Shown: positions 21,338-31,869, numbered from the stretch's first letter. The stretch: DNA of 64,000 nt from a candidate division FCPU426 bacterium (GCA_963847625.1 CAWKAR010000060.1:101904-165903), one strand, 5' to 3'. Program-made: numbers and translations. Notes: a model not told the origin generated them from the letters alone.

Positions 21338-24300
21338 ATGAAATTCCTTTCGAGAAAGATTTGCCAAGGCATGAAAACCCTTTTTTTGGATTTTTTTCGT
21401 AGGCGCTTCAAAAGCAGTTTCTCAACCTTGGCCTTTTTGGCATTTGTAGGTTGTGCCGCCTCCCCCGCTCATGCCAACGTGCTCTTATCAAACGTTTTCG
21501 GCTCCAATATGGTCATCCAACAGGGTGTTTCGATCCATTTCTGGGGCATTGCCGGCGTTGGAGAATCCGTCACCGTCAGCTTCAATGGCCAGTCCGCCTC
21601 TGGAACTGGGGACAGCAACGGCAACTGGTCCCTTTATCTCCCGAGCATGACCGACAACGCCACAGGCCAAAACCTCGTCGCCTCCGGGCCCGCCAACACC
21701 CAAACCTTTGGCAACGTCGTGGTCGGTGACGTCTATCTTTTGTCGGGCCAATCCAACATGTGGTGGGTTTGGAACAACTGCACCGATACCTCAGGAACTG
21801 TGACCATAGGGCCTTCGGAGGCCGCTACCGCCACCTTCCCGAACATGCGGATCAGGCACGTCAATTCGGCGGCTTCGCAAACCCCCGTGGCGGACGTGCC
21901 GGCAGGCCAGTGGTATGAATATATTCCCGCCAATAATACCAACACCCTCAATTACACGGGCCTGGGCTACTACATCGGCAGGGATATTTCCCAGGCCACC
22001 ACGAACACCATCCCCATCGGCCTGTTGGAATCGGATTACCCGGGTATGCCGTTGGAGATTTTTTTAAGCACGGACGCCATCCAGGCCGACCCGATCCTGG
22101 CGCCGGCCATTATCACCCCTTCCTCCCCCGCGACCTATACGGCTGAGGTTTACAACGCCATGATCGCGCCCCTGACGCCCTTCAACATCCGGGCCGTGGT
22201 TTGGGACCAGGGGGAATCCAACGAGGGCGCCCCTTCTTATTTCCCCTCCTACGAATACGATTATCTCCTGCCGGAACTCATCAAGAACTGGCGGGAAAAA
22301 TGGAACCAGAATTTCCCCTTCTACATCATCCAGCTCCAGAACATCGCCAACATGAACCCCGCGGTCATCCCCACCCCCATCCCAACCGGCCTTCCCTGCA
22401 CCTACTGGAATGGCACGGAACCCTATAGCACCGCTTACAACGTGGGGATCGCCGACGTGCGTTTTGGGCAGTTCACCAGCTTAAAGATGCCCTATACCGG
22501 CATGAGCGTGAATTTCGACTTGAACCCCCGCGCGCTCAATTGCGACGCTTCCCTTTCCTACCACCCGCCAGACAAAGAAGCCTTTGCGGCCCGGATCGTC
22601 CCCTGGATGCTGCGGGACATCTACGGGCAGTCCATTCCTCTGTCCTATACCGGCCCCTTTTACCAGAATTACCAGTCACAGGGTTCCACCATTATCTGTA
22701 ATTTCGCCTCCCCCACCGGGGGATCGGCCAACCTGTCCACGAATGATTCGAACCCAGTCACGGCCTTCCAGATCGCTCCTTCCGGGTCCACCGCCTACGT
22801 TTGGGCCAACGCCGCCATTTCATCCGACGGGAACAGTGTTTCGGTTTGGAGCCCCTCGGTGACGAACCCCGGCTCGGTGCGCTACGCTTGGGGTTGGGAC
22901 CCCATTGATCCCGCCGGCCCCGTGGCCAACCTCTCGGATTCCAACGCTTATCTGGCCTCTCCTTTCCAGACCTATACCTTTTCAAATATGCTCGTGACAG
23001 GGAACGGCGGGGCCGCGGTTTCGGACATGAATCTGGTTCCCTCCACCTCTAACGGCACCGACTTCGGGACCGCCGGCCTGTGCCAGGCCGTGACCGAAAC
23101 CTTCACCATTACTAACGACCCAACCGCCCTTTCCAGCCTGAACCTGACGGGTGGGCCCAATTACGTCCGCATTACCGGGGCCAACGCGGCGGATTTCACG
23201 GTCGTTTCCCAACCTTTATCCTCCACCCTCACCCCTGGCGCCAGCGGGATTTTCCTCGTGCGTTTCCAGCCCGGCGCGACCGGTTTGCGGCAGGCCATCC
23301 TGCAAATCCCCTGCGACACTCCCCCAAAGACCCCCTACACCATTTATATCCAGGCCACAGGCGTGGATAATTGCACACCCACTCCGACCCCGACCGGAAC
23401 CTGGTACTCACCCACCCCCACCAGCACGAACACCCCCACCATCACTCCCTCCCCCACATTCACGCCCGCATACGCCGTGAGCATGATCGACAATTTCGAC
23501 ACGAACACCTCCCAGCCCGCCTCCAGCCGCATCAATCTTTGGGGACAATCCTGGGGAGCCTATTCCGGCAACAGCGCCACCATCGGCGTGACTTATTTCA
23601 CCCCGGGTGCCAACACGACCGCCGATTGCGTCAGCATCTTTGGTTCCGTCCCCGCCAACGGTTATTGCAATTACCTTTGCTATCTTCTTCCCAGCCAGGC
23701 CTCGTACAACGCCTTGGCGGCCGGTTACACGGGTATCCAGTTCTGGATTTACGGCGACGGCAGCCAGATCCGCCCCCAAATCATGTCCCAGGCCGTCACG
23801 AGCGGGGACTTTTACGGCGAGACCATTACCCCGCCAATCGGCACCTGGACCTTGGAAACCATTCCTTTTTCCCAAATGACCCAGGCGGGATGGGGCAAGC
23901 AAACGAACATCCCGGTTAATCCCACGGGCGCGGATGTTACCGGGGTAAAATTCGACGTCATTTCCAACGGCAACTATGGCTACCTCCTGGACCAGGTCTC
24001 TTTTGAGGGTCCATTGCCGACGGCCACTCCCACTGGAACCTGGTACACTTCCACACCCACCAATACCCCCACGCCCACCATCACGCCCACCCCGACGGTC
24101 ACTTTCACATTCACGCCGACCGGATCGGCCACGCCCACCATGACCAACACTCCCCTTCCGGACACCACCCTTTACAACTTCGAGAACGGCACGGTGATGG
24201 GTTGGAATTATGTTAACAACCAGGCGGTCACCATCCAGAATTCCACGTCGATGTCCTATTACGGGAGCCATTCCCTGGCGGTGAGCTTGAATTTCACCTC

Positions 24301-25285
24301 GACGTCGGTCGACGCGGAATTCGGCTCGCAAAGCCCGAACCTTTTGGCCCCGGTCACCAACTTGACGGGCAAAACTATCGTCGCTCATGTCTGGGTTCCG
24401 GCCAGCTACCCCGCTGCTACCCAGGCTTATATTTTCATTAAAAGCGGATCAGGATGGGCCTGGCAAACAGGGCCGGCGACGACCCTGGTTCCCGGCGCCT
24501 GGAACACCCTGACGCTTGACCCCGCCCAACCGCACAACACCGCGGGCACCCCCGATATCACCAATGTGCTGGCGATCGGAATTCAAATGTTCTCGTCCGT
24601 GGTTTGGTCCGGCACGATTTACGTGGATTCAGTCGACGTGATTCTTGCCGCGACACCCACCCCCACCAATACATCTACCCCGACCAGTACGAGCACCCCC
24701 TGCATGGTGAATGGCACCCCTTGCACCCCGACAGTAACAAATACTCCGACGTTAACCAACAGCCCGACTAACACCTCCACTCCTACCCTCACTCTGACGC
24801 TCACGAACAGCCCCACCTACACCTTATCTCCGACGGATACGCCCACCTTGACCCCCACTCCGACTCCGTCCCCAACGTCAACGCCGACAGATACGCCTAC
24901 TCCAACCAGCACTTCAACCCCTACTCCCACTGTTACCGACACTCTGACGCTGACACCGACACCCACCCTGACCCCGACCTGCACCCGGACGATGACTCCG
25001 GCGGCGGCTTGCAAGGCGCCATTGATCTACCCGAACCCCGCGAAAACCGGTTTCCTGCAACTGCGCCTAGCCCCCTGCGCGGTCTCATCCAAGGTAACGG
25101 TAAAACTGTTCACGGTTGCATTCCGGATGGTGGTGGACCTGGAAATTACCCAGATTCCGGCAGGAGGTGATTTTTCCATCCCCCTGAACGATATTTGGAA
25201 CCAGCCTTTGACGAATGGTTTGTACTATGTGGTGATTACTACGAACCAGGGCAAGTCGGTCCAGAAACTGCTGGTCCTTCGTTAA
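21338..25285 (+). CDS. Secreted sialate O-acetylesterase (SASA/SGNH)-family protein with Ig-like and two CBM-like domains, Thr/Pro linkers and a T9SS type A-like C-terminal domain
   Basis: Signal peptide (AHA); VGDVYLLSGQSNM, WDQGESN, IIQLQN, HPPDK, VRYAW; IDNFD and YNFENG CBM-type starts; IYPNP...NGLYYV...KLLVLR. Confidence 0.85.
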   Translation: MKFLSRKICQGMKTLFLDFFRRRFKSSFSTLAFLAFVGCAASPAHANVLLSNVFGSNMVIQQGVSIHFWGIAGVGESVTVSFNGQSASGTGDSNGNWSLYLPSMTDNATGQNLVASGPANTQTFGNVVVGDVYLLSGQSNMWWVWNNCTDTSGTVTIGPSEAATATFPNMRIRHVNSAASQTPVADVPAGQWYEYIPANNTNTLNYTGLGYYIGRDISQATTNTIPIGLLESDYPGMPLEIFLSTDAIQADPILAPAIITPSSPATYTAEVYNAMIAPLTPFNIRAVVWDQGESNEGAPSYFPSYEYDYLLPELIKNWREKWNQNFPFYIIQLQNIANMNPAVIPTPIPTGLPCTYWNGTEPYSTAYNVGIADVRFGQFTSLKMPYTGMSVNFDLNPRALNCDASLSYHPPDKEAFAARIVPWMLRDIYGQSIPLSYTGPFYQNYQSQGSTIICNFASPTGGSANLSTNDSNPVTAFQIAPSGSTAYVWANAAISSDGNSVSVWSPSVTNPGSVRYAWGWDPIDPAGPVANLSDSNAYLASPFQTYTFSNMLVTGNGGAAVSDMNLVPSTSNGTDFGTAGLCQAVTETFTITNDPTALSSLNLTGGPNYVRITGANAADFTVVSQPLSSTLTPGASGIFLVRFQPGATGLRQAILQIPCDTPPKTPYTIYIQATGVDNCTPTPTPTGTWYSPTPTSTNTPTITPSPTFTPAYAVSMIDNFDTNTSQPASSRINLWGQSWGAYSGNSATIGVTYFTPGANTTADCVSIFGSVPANGYCNYLCYLLPSQASYNALAAGYTGIQFWIYGDGSQIRPQIMSQAVTSGDFYGETITPPIGTWTLETIPFSQMTQAGWGKQTNIPVNPTGADVTGVKFDVISNGNYGYLLDQVSFEGPLPTATPTGTWYTSTPTNTPTPTITPTPTVTFTFTPTGSATPTMTNTPLPDTTLYNFENGTVMGWNYVNNQAVTIQNSTSMSYYGSHSLAVSLNFTSTSVDAEFGSQSPNLLAPVTNLTGKTIVAHVWVPASYPAATQAYIFIKSGSGWAWQTGPATTLVPGAWNTLTLDPAQPHNTAGTPDITNVLAIGIQMFSSVVWSGTIYVDSVDVILAATPTPTNTSTPTSTSTPCMVNGTPCTPTVTNTPTLTNSPTNTSTPTLTLTLTNSPTYTLSPTDTPTLTPTPTPSPTSTPTDTPTPTSTSTPTPTVTDTLTLTPTPTLTPTCTRTMTPAAACKAPLIYPNPAKTGFLQLRLAPCAVSSKVTVKLFTVAFRMVVDLEITQIPAGGDFSIPLNDIWNQPLTNGLYYVVITTNQGKSVQKLLVLR

Positions 25286-25550
25286 AAAATACGATTCCCT
25301 ATTCCCCTGTCGCTTGATCGTCAAGGATTTTCCCGGTTATTTTATCGATCATGACTACGCGGCTTCCGCCTTCTATGATCTACCCATTTTGGCTCGTCAC
25401 AAGACACAATAAACATTCTCCGAGGATCGGGAAAAATTGCCATATATGGTGAGACCTTCAGCCACACCATGAGTGATCTTAAATGCTCTCTCCCGGCAAG
25501 TAGGTAAAATGTCTAAAGCGCCGGGATCCGATGAAAAGCAGCAGCATGAC

Positions 25551-26159
25551 TTAATAGCTCGCGAGCAATTCCGGGTGGGGCCAGTTGTCGATGCCGAACC
25601 AATGCAAAACCACCCGCATCAAACTCCCCCAAAACTTGATGACCTCAAGCCAAAATTCGCGCTTCGTCCAAAACCCTTCCGGGGTTGGTTCGTTGGGATA
25701 AGGCGCAACTTTAGCACCTGAGCCCAAAAGGTATAGGCGGGTTAGAAAAAGGGCGCGGGGTTCGTGAAACCAGGCGCAAACAAGCGCCACGTGCCGGTAA
25801 CTGCCTTTTCGGATAAAAGGGGCGGCATAGCGCGCGTTCTGGTCCGTGGTGCGGGCCCTGGGATCGATGGTCATAGGAATGTTTTCGACGGCTAATGGAT
25901 CAATGATGGAACGGATGATTTGGATGTTTTCCGAAAAGTAAATCGGACAGTTGAACTGGCGGGCCAACTCCAGGCAATGCAGGGAGGTCTTGTTAATGCC
26001 ACTGTAAACCACGACCAAATCCGGTTTCTCAAGGCTGGGTTTTTCAGAATATATTACGGCTAAATAGACAAATTGAGCTATGAGAACAGCCGCCAATATA
26101 CCCAGTAGCCATATTAAAACTTTCCAAGATTTCATTGAGAACCGTAGCGCCCAAGGCAA
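25551..26159 (-). CDS. YdcF/ElyC/SanA (DUF218) family protein
   Basis: N-terminal TM helix, DLVVVYSG, DPRARTTDQNA, VCAWFHEPRA, EVIK. Confidence 0.8.
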   Translation of the reverse strand: MPWALRFSMKSWKVLIWLLGILAAVLIAQFVYLAVIYSEKPSLEKPDLVVVYSGINKTSLHCLELARQFNCPIYFSENIQIIRSIIDPLAVENIPMTIDPRARTTDQNARYAAPFIRKGSYRHVALVCAWFHEPRALFLTRLYLLGSGAKVAPYPNEPTPEGFWTKREFWLEVIKFWGSLMRVVLHWFGIDNWPHPELLASY

Positions 26160-26236
26160 ATCAATAATTTAGGATTTGACTATTTGTCGTGACCTTCCCC
26201 CAATAACCGATCCAAATTTAAATTAATTTAGGAACC

Positions 26237-27430
26237 TTATTTCAGAGCATTCAGTAAAGTATCCGTCACGAAATCCACATTATCGTCCGTCATCCCGGGA
26301 TACAAAGGAAGCGTCAGCTCGCGTTTGCAAATTTCTTCAGTGATCGGAAACTCCGAAGGTTTAAATTTTTCTTGGTAGGCGGAAAAACTCCAGATTGGAG
26401 CATAATGGATACTCGATTGCAACCCCGAGTTCTTGAGGAACTCCATAATATTTAAACGGTCGGAATTCTTGGGAAGTAAAACCGGTAAAATGTGAAAAGC
26501 AGACATAACGCCGGGGGCCAAAGAGTCAAAAGGCATTGTCACCGGTGTGCCTTGCAGGTTATGGCGATAATGGTCGGTTAAAGTTTTCCGCCGGGCATTC
26601 CCCGCCGGAAGTTTTTCCAACTGGACCAAGCCAAGCGCGCCCCGAATTTCGTCCATCCGGTAATTAAGTCCAGGCTCCGCGACATCATAAACGGTTGCCC
26701 TGCCTTTACGGCGGTCAAACATTAAAGTGGTCATGCCATTGCAGCGCAAATACTTCAGGCGTTTAGCAAAAGCTTCTGTTCGAGTCACGATCATGCCGCC
26801 TTCGCCGATGGACAGGTTTTTGTTGCTAAAAAACGAAAAACAGCCTATTTCGCCGAACGTACCACAAAGTTGCCCGTCGATTGACGCACCTGGCGCATGA
26901 GCCGCGTCCTCAATCGCTGGAATGGACCGATCTTTACAAAGCTTAAGGATAGGAGCCATATCACAAGGGTACCCTGCGTAATGCATAACCATAACCGCCT
27001 TGGTGCGGGGAGTAATCCGACGGGCAATTGATTCCGCCGAGACGTTCCAATCCAAAAGCGACGAGGAATCAGCCAATACCGGGTCTGCACCCATCAGACG
27101 AACCACGTTGGCGTCCGCAACAAACGTCAAAGAGGGGATAATCACTTCATCACCCGGGCCGATATTCAATGCCAACAAAGCTAAATGCAGGGCGGCCGTG
27201 CCGCTCGAAACAGCGATGGAAAAAGTATCGGAATTAAGAAAACGGTTAAAAGCACTTTCAAATTCAAAAACACTTTCGCCCATCGTCAACCAACCGCTTT
27301 TGATAATTTCGGAAACAGCGTTCACTTCGCGGTGGTCAAAATTTAACTTAAAAAGCGGCAAGATCGCATGTTCATGATCTGGCTTTGCGCTTATCCCTTC
27401 GTTTCTTTCGGCCATGTTTTCCAACTCCAA
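26237..27430 (-). CDS. DegT/DnrJ/EryC1/StrS nucleotide-sugar aminotransferase
   Basis: SSGTAALH, EDAAHA, FSFFSNKNL..GEGG, LPLYP. Confidence 0.93.
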   Translation of the reverse strand: MELENMAERNEGISAKPDHEHAILPLFKLNFDHREVNAVSEIIKSGWLTMGESVFEFESAFNRFLNSDTFSIAVSSGTAALHLALLALNIGPGDEVIIPSLTFVADANVVRLMGADPVLADSSSLLDWNVSAESIARRITPRTKAVMVMHYAGYPCDMAPILKLCKDRSIPAIEDAAHAPGASIDGQLCGTFGEIGCFSFFSNKNLSIGEGGMIVTRTEAFAKRLKYLRCNGMTTLMFDRRKGRATVYDVAEPGLNYRMDEIRGALGLVQLEKLPAGNARRKTLTDHYRHNLQGTPVTMPFDSLAPGVMSAFHILPVLLPKNSDRLNIMEFLKNSGLQSSIHYAPIWSFSAYQEKFKPSEFPITEEICKRELTLPLYPGMTDDNVDFVTDTLLNALK

Positions 27431-27506
27431 TCAATGATTCAAATGCTTTTTAAAACTCACGGTTCGATTCTAATAACCGTTCCTATTTTATAACTTTTAT
27501 AACCGA

Positions 27507-28196
27507 TCATTGGGGTGTTCCGATTGATTTCTTATTTTTTCGTTGCAATTCAAGCGGGGCTTTAGGCAGCCCTGGAAACACCCTCCAAACTAGCATGGAA
27601 AACGGAAAAATCAAAACCCATGCGGTCACGAAAATGATCATTAGATAATTTCGAAAGCTTTGATTGGCAACGAACCACTCTTCCACCGCGCCTTTATAGG
27701 GCCCGATGACCTCTTTATAATACTGCTCCGGCTCCTTAAGCCCATCCAGCATATTTTCCTCATCCCGGAAAATAATGGAACCGATTCCGGTTAGACCCGG
27801 GAGCACCTTCGACACCGCTTTTTGCGAGGCCAGGGGCAGCGCGTCAAAGGCTTGCTGGGTTTGAGGGCGCGGGCCCACTAAGCTCATGTCGCCTTTGAGT
27901 ATGTTTAGAAGTTGGGGCAGTTCGTTGATTTTTGAATTGCGTAAAAAACGGCCCATCGGAAGTATCCGCGGATCATTTTTCACGGTAAGTGTTCCCGTCC
28001 CAATGCTCGGACTATGTTTTAGCATCGTCGCAAACTTATATAATTTAAATATCTTCCCATCCTTGCCTCTCCTGTCCTGTAAATAAAATATTTCGCCTTC
28101 GCCCGTCAGGCGCAAAACAATGGCAATCGGAACCAAAAAGGGAGATAAAACCAATAGGGCCAGACCGCTAAATATAATGCCCATTGTTCTCTGCAT
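27507..28196 (-). CDS. Monotopic phosphoglycosyl transferase (Bac_transf), WbgY-like
   Basis: LTGEGEIFYLQ, YKFATM, DPRI...NELPQL.N.LKGDMSLVGPRP. Confidence 0.92.
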   Translation of the reverse strand: MQRTMGIIFSGLALLVLSPFLVPIAIVLRLTGEGEIFYLQDRRGKDGKIFKLYKFATMLKHSPSIGTGTLTVKNDPRILPMGRFLRNSKINELPQLLNILKGDMSLVGPRPQTQQAFDALPLASQKAVSKVLPGLTGIGSIIFRDEENMLDGLKEPEQYYKEVIGPYKGAVEEWFVANQSFRNYLMIIFVTAWVLIFPFSMLVWRVFPGLPKAPLELQRKNKKSIGTPQ

Positions 28197-28198
28197 CC

Positions 28199-29398
28199 CT
28201 ACATCCTTTCGTCCAAGTGTTTTCCTGTTTCCTTGTGGGCGAAATCCGGGATCATGTGGTTAAAAAGATCGACCAGTTCCCCCTTCACCCAAGTAGGCTT
28301 GGCTTTAATGGCCGCGATTGTGGAAAGAAAATATTGTAAGCGCGCCTGGTCAAAAGTCACCAGGTTTTTGATCACGCCGATGGTGATAAAGCGTTTCAAG
28401 TCCAACACCTCACGTTCAGTGAAAAACTCCTCAAAATCCTTTTCACCCGTGGTGTCACTGCTGAAAAAGTAGCAAGGCCATTTTTTTTGTCGAATGAGCT
28501 CTTCGGCCCTGTCCCGCGCCTCATCCTCGCTCTTGCATTCATAAGGCTCAAAACCGAGTTGGGTTAAATAGCGAATGGCAATATCCGGGAACTTTGTCAG
28601 GTTCAGATTTTCGCTCAGCTTCGGAAAGAAGATGTCGCGGTTTTCGCCCAATAAGCATGACAACAGGCATAATTCTCCCGACTCTTGTGGCGTAATAAAA
28701 TATCGCCGCACGTCGTTCGGCGCTGAAATCGGCTGGCGCTTGGCAAAACGCTGGTTAAAACCGTGTAACAGCGATCCATCGGAGAAGGCCACATTAGCGA
28801 AACGCGCGGTCGAAATCGGCAATTCGGCGCTGGAGCGCATCAAGAACATCTCCATGATGCGCTTACTGGCCCCCATCATGTTCACGGGGTTCGCGGCCTT
28901 ATCCGTGGATACACAAAAGTACTTTTTCGCCCCTTGATCGCGGGCGGCTTCGATGGTTTTAATGGTATTGAGAATATTCACGTCGATCATACGCATCAAG
29001 GTAAAGGGGTCTTTCTCGCTGCGAACATGCTTTAACGCCGACAGGTTAAGAACATAGTCGTATCCGCCGGTAGAAGCCATCAATGCCTTGAATTCGAAGC
29101 TCCCGCAGTCAATGGCGAAAGTCCTAAAGTCCCCCTCGATATAACCCAGCGTACTGCGGATATCCCGGACCAGTTCCACCATATTGTTTTCACTGATGTC
29201 TACCACATGCAGGACTTTCGGTTTGCGCTTGAAAATCTCGCGTGCCACTGCCTGGCCTATGGAACCAGCCCCGCCAATCACCAGAAAACGGCTGTCAGCA
29301 ACCAGTGAAGACAATTGCTGTTCATGCGCCGATAGATCCGGGTCGAACAACGGGTGGTCACGTCCGATCAATTTCAAGATGGAATAACCTTCGCTCAC
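28199..29398 (-). CDS. UDP-GlcNAc 4,6-dehydratase (Polysacc_synt_2), WbgZ-like
   Basis: GGAGSIG, SALKHVRSE, STDKAANPVNMMGASK, RFANVAFSDGS. Confidence 0.9.
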   Translation of the reverse strand: MSEGYSILKLIGRDHPLFDPDLSAHEQQLSSLVADSRFLVIGGAGSIGQAVAREIFKRKPKVLHVVDISENNMVELVRDIRSTLGYIEGDFRTFAIDCGSFEFKALMASTGGYDYVLNLSALKHVRSEKDPFTLMRMIDVNILNTIKTIEAARDQGAKKYFCVSTDKAANPVNMMGASKRIMEMFLMRSSAELPISTARFANVAFSDGSLLHGFNQRFAKRQPISAPNDVRRYFITPQESGELCLLSCLLGENRDIFFPKLSENLNLTKFPDIAIRYLTQLGFEPYECKSEDEARDRAEELIRQKKWPCYFFSSDTTGEKDFEEFFTEREVLDLKRFITIGVIKNLVTFDQARLQYFLSTIAAIKAKPTWVKGELVDLFNHMIPDFAHKETGKHLDERM

Positions 29399-29756
29399 GC
29401 TAATCCTTCCGGCAAAGCCCTAGGCGGGATGACGGTACTTTCCTCATTGTTTCCATTTTACGGTATGAAGATCCATTGATATTAACCTCGATACCAGAAC
29501 AATATGCTAAATAACATTGCTGTTCAAATAAAACAAAATCCAATGATCAAAGATAAATAAAATCAGGAATTCTTAAGCCTAAAAGACGTTAAGCAAAACC
29601 TAGTCCTTTGCCATAGATTCAGGGGATGCACTCAGATTGGCCAAAGGAAAAAAGGCTTTAAATATTTATGTTTATTAAATCCCATGAATCCCATGTATCC
29701 GTGGCTAGGTTTATTTTGGACAGTTTTAGCTAAATAAAAACATTCACTACTAGCCA

Positions 29757-30731
29757 TCAATGCCCTAAATAATGTTTAGCCGTCCTTTTTAATGCTTCAT
29801 CGACGCTAATGGGCGGTCGCCAATTGATAAGTTCTTTTGTTTTTGAAATGCTAACCTGAAGTGAGCCGAGTAAGCGTTGAGCAATTCCTGGTTTCCTAAT
29901 CATTTTTGCGGCAGTATTTAAAAAGAATACAGGAAAGGGAAATAAAAGAGGTGCCTTACCCATTGCTTTACCCATACGCCTTAATAAATCCGTGGTGGAT
30001 AAATCCTCATCATCCGAGACAAGAAATACCTGGTTTGCGGCGGCGGGATGTGCAACGCATCGAACAATCAAATCCACCAAATTTTCCAAAGCGGTAAAAC
30101 TTCTTTTGTTATGAACGGAGCCCAATGGAAGCGGAAGGCCGCGATCTAACCAGCGCATCAATGATAAAAAATTAGCCTTGACACCGGGCCCATAAACCAA
30201 AGGCGGACGGATAATCACAACTTCCATTCCGGTTTGCGCAGCGAGTATACGAAGGCCTTGTTCCGCTTCCATTTTAGAAATACCGTAAGGGTCCATGGGC
30301 TTAGGAATATCGTCGGCGAAAAAAGGCTTCCCAAGTTCTGTAAATTCTCCATTCACCTTTAAGGAACTTATGAAAATAAATCTCTTAACACCCGCATTGC
30401 CTGCTTGCCGCGCAAGATTCAATGTTCCATCGACATTTATTCGTCGAAACTCTGTCAGGGGATCAGTTGATGTTTCATTCAAAACGTGAACACGTGCCGC
30501 ACAATGAATAACACAATCAACTTTTTCTAGAGCGATTTTCCAATCAGTGTTGGTTGAAATGTCGCAATTCGGAAATACCTTGGTTAATGGAGAAAATATT
30601 TTCGTGCTTTTTCTTACCGATACGCGAACTTCATATTTTGGCGAATTGGCCAAATACGAAACTACACTATTTCCAATAAATCCATTTGCGCCCGTAATTA
30701 AAACTAATTTTTTTTGATCGTCTATCGTCAT
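29757..30731 (-). CDS. NAD-dependent epimerase/dehydratase (WbpV/WbpK-like SDR)
   Basis: TGANGFIG, HCAARVH, YGISK, RPPLVYGPGVKANF. Confidence 0.92.
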   Translation of the reverse strand: MTIDDQKKLVLITGANGFIGNSVVSYLANSPKYEVRVSVRKSTKIFSPLTKVFPNCDISTNTDWKIALEKVDCVIHCAARVHVLNETSTDPLTEFRRINVDGTLNLARQAGNAGVKRFIFISSLKVNGEFTELGKPFFADDIPKPMDPYGISKMEAEQGLRILAAQTGMEVVIIRPPLVYGPGVKANFLSLMRWLDRGLPLPLGSVHNKRSFTALENLVDLIVRCVAHPAAANQVFLVSDDEDLSTTDLLRRMGKAMGKAPLLFPFPVFFLNTAAKMIRKPGIAQRLLGSLQVSISKTKELINWRPPISVDEALKRTAKHYLGH

Positions 30732-30992
30732 TATTTATCTCTTCCCCTTAAATCGAATTCGGTATTATACTTTTTAACACATTATGCCAATTGTAAATAA
30801 TGTAAACTTTGTTACAGGGTATAACTGGAACTATGCAGAGACGCAATGGAACAACAAATTTGACAGAGAGAGTCCGGTATGTAGGTGTCCTGATGACACT
30901 TGCTGTTCATAGCAATATTATGATGACTTCACAGCGTTATTTTTACTTACTTCCCTCAATAATTACATCAGCAGTGGAGTTGATTTAATTCC

Positions 30993-31688
30993 ATGAACAT
31001 CATTAACAGGGTATTTGGATGGAATGCTAAAGCATGGAACCACCCCTTTTCTGAGGCTTTGAAAGATTTTCCAGTAATTGAGGGAGCCAGAATATTAGAA
31101 ATTGGCGCAAATCGGTTAAGTGCCATTTCGCTTTTATTCATAGAATCAAAATGCGAACTGAATATCACTGCTTACCCATGTAATCTGGTCGCTGGATTGG
31201 AAGCTTTTGTAAATGATTTCAAAAACAATAATAAATATGAAAATTCGTACATAAATATAAACTGCATGTCATTTACAAATGTAATTGGTGAATACGATTT
31301 GATTCTGATGAAAAGTGTGTTAGGTGGAATATTCGGCTTAGGAACAAATGAAAAGGATTCTGCCGAGGAAAAAATATTAGAAATTGTTAATAATAATTTG
31401 AAGCCAGGTGGAGTTTTAATCACTTTAGATAACGGTAAGACGATATTTGAAAAAATGTTCTTAAAATTCGGGGCAAGGAAAAAAGGGTGGCGATTTTTTG
31501 TTCCAGCGGATTTTAGAAAATATACCAGGCAATATTGCTTCGGCACTCTTACTAATTTTAGTTTTGTCACGCGGATCGGCAGGATGGGGCAATTATTTGA
31601 GGACTTTATTTATGCCGCCGATTGCATTTTAGGTAAGATTTTTAAAATTTCAAAACCTTCCGTGATAGTAACGGTATATAAGCGGTAG
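30993..31688 (+). CDS. Class I SAM-dependent methyltransferase-like protein
   Basis: ILEIGA motif I, YDLILMKSVLG, LKPGGVL; AT-rich and on the opposite strand to the cluster. Confidence 0.65.
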   Translation: MNIINRVFGWNAKAWNHPFSEALKDFPVIEGARILEIGANRLSAISLLFIESKCELNITAYPCNLVAGLEAFVNDFKNNNKYENSYININCMSFTNVIGEYDLILMKSVLGGIFGLGTNEKDSAEEKILEIVNNNLKPGGVLITLDNGKTIFEKMFLKFGARKKGWRFFVPADFRKYTRQYCFGTLTNFSFVTRIGRMGQLFEDFIYAADCILGKIFKISKPSVIVTVYKR

Positions 31689-31869
31689 CTTCATAACCCC
31701 GTGTCGAGCCCACAAGCATCTGTGCCGAGACTTCAAGCCGAGGCATAAAGTTTGATTGTGCTGAATTAATGAAAATAATTCGGCTCGAGACACACGCCTC
31801 GATGATTTTTATCGCCCATGGGCGCAAGCCCAACGGGTGTGCCAGACCCAAAAAATCAGTGCGATGACT

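Noticed and set aside
31689..31869. Integron attC after the inverted methyltransferase gene
   Set aside because: A TCATAAC follows the stop, but no matching GTTRRRY end or extended palindrome, and no intI
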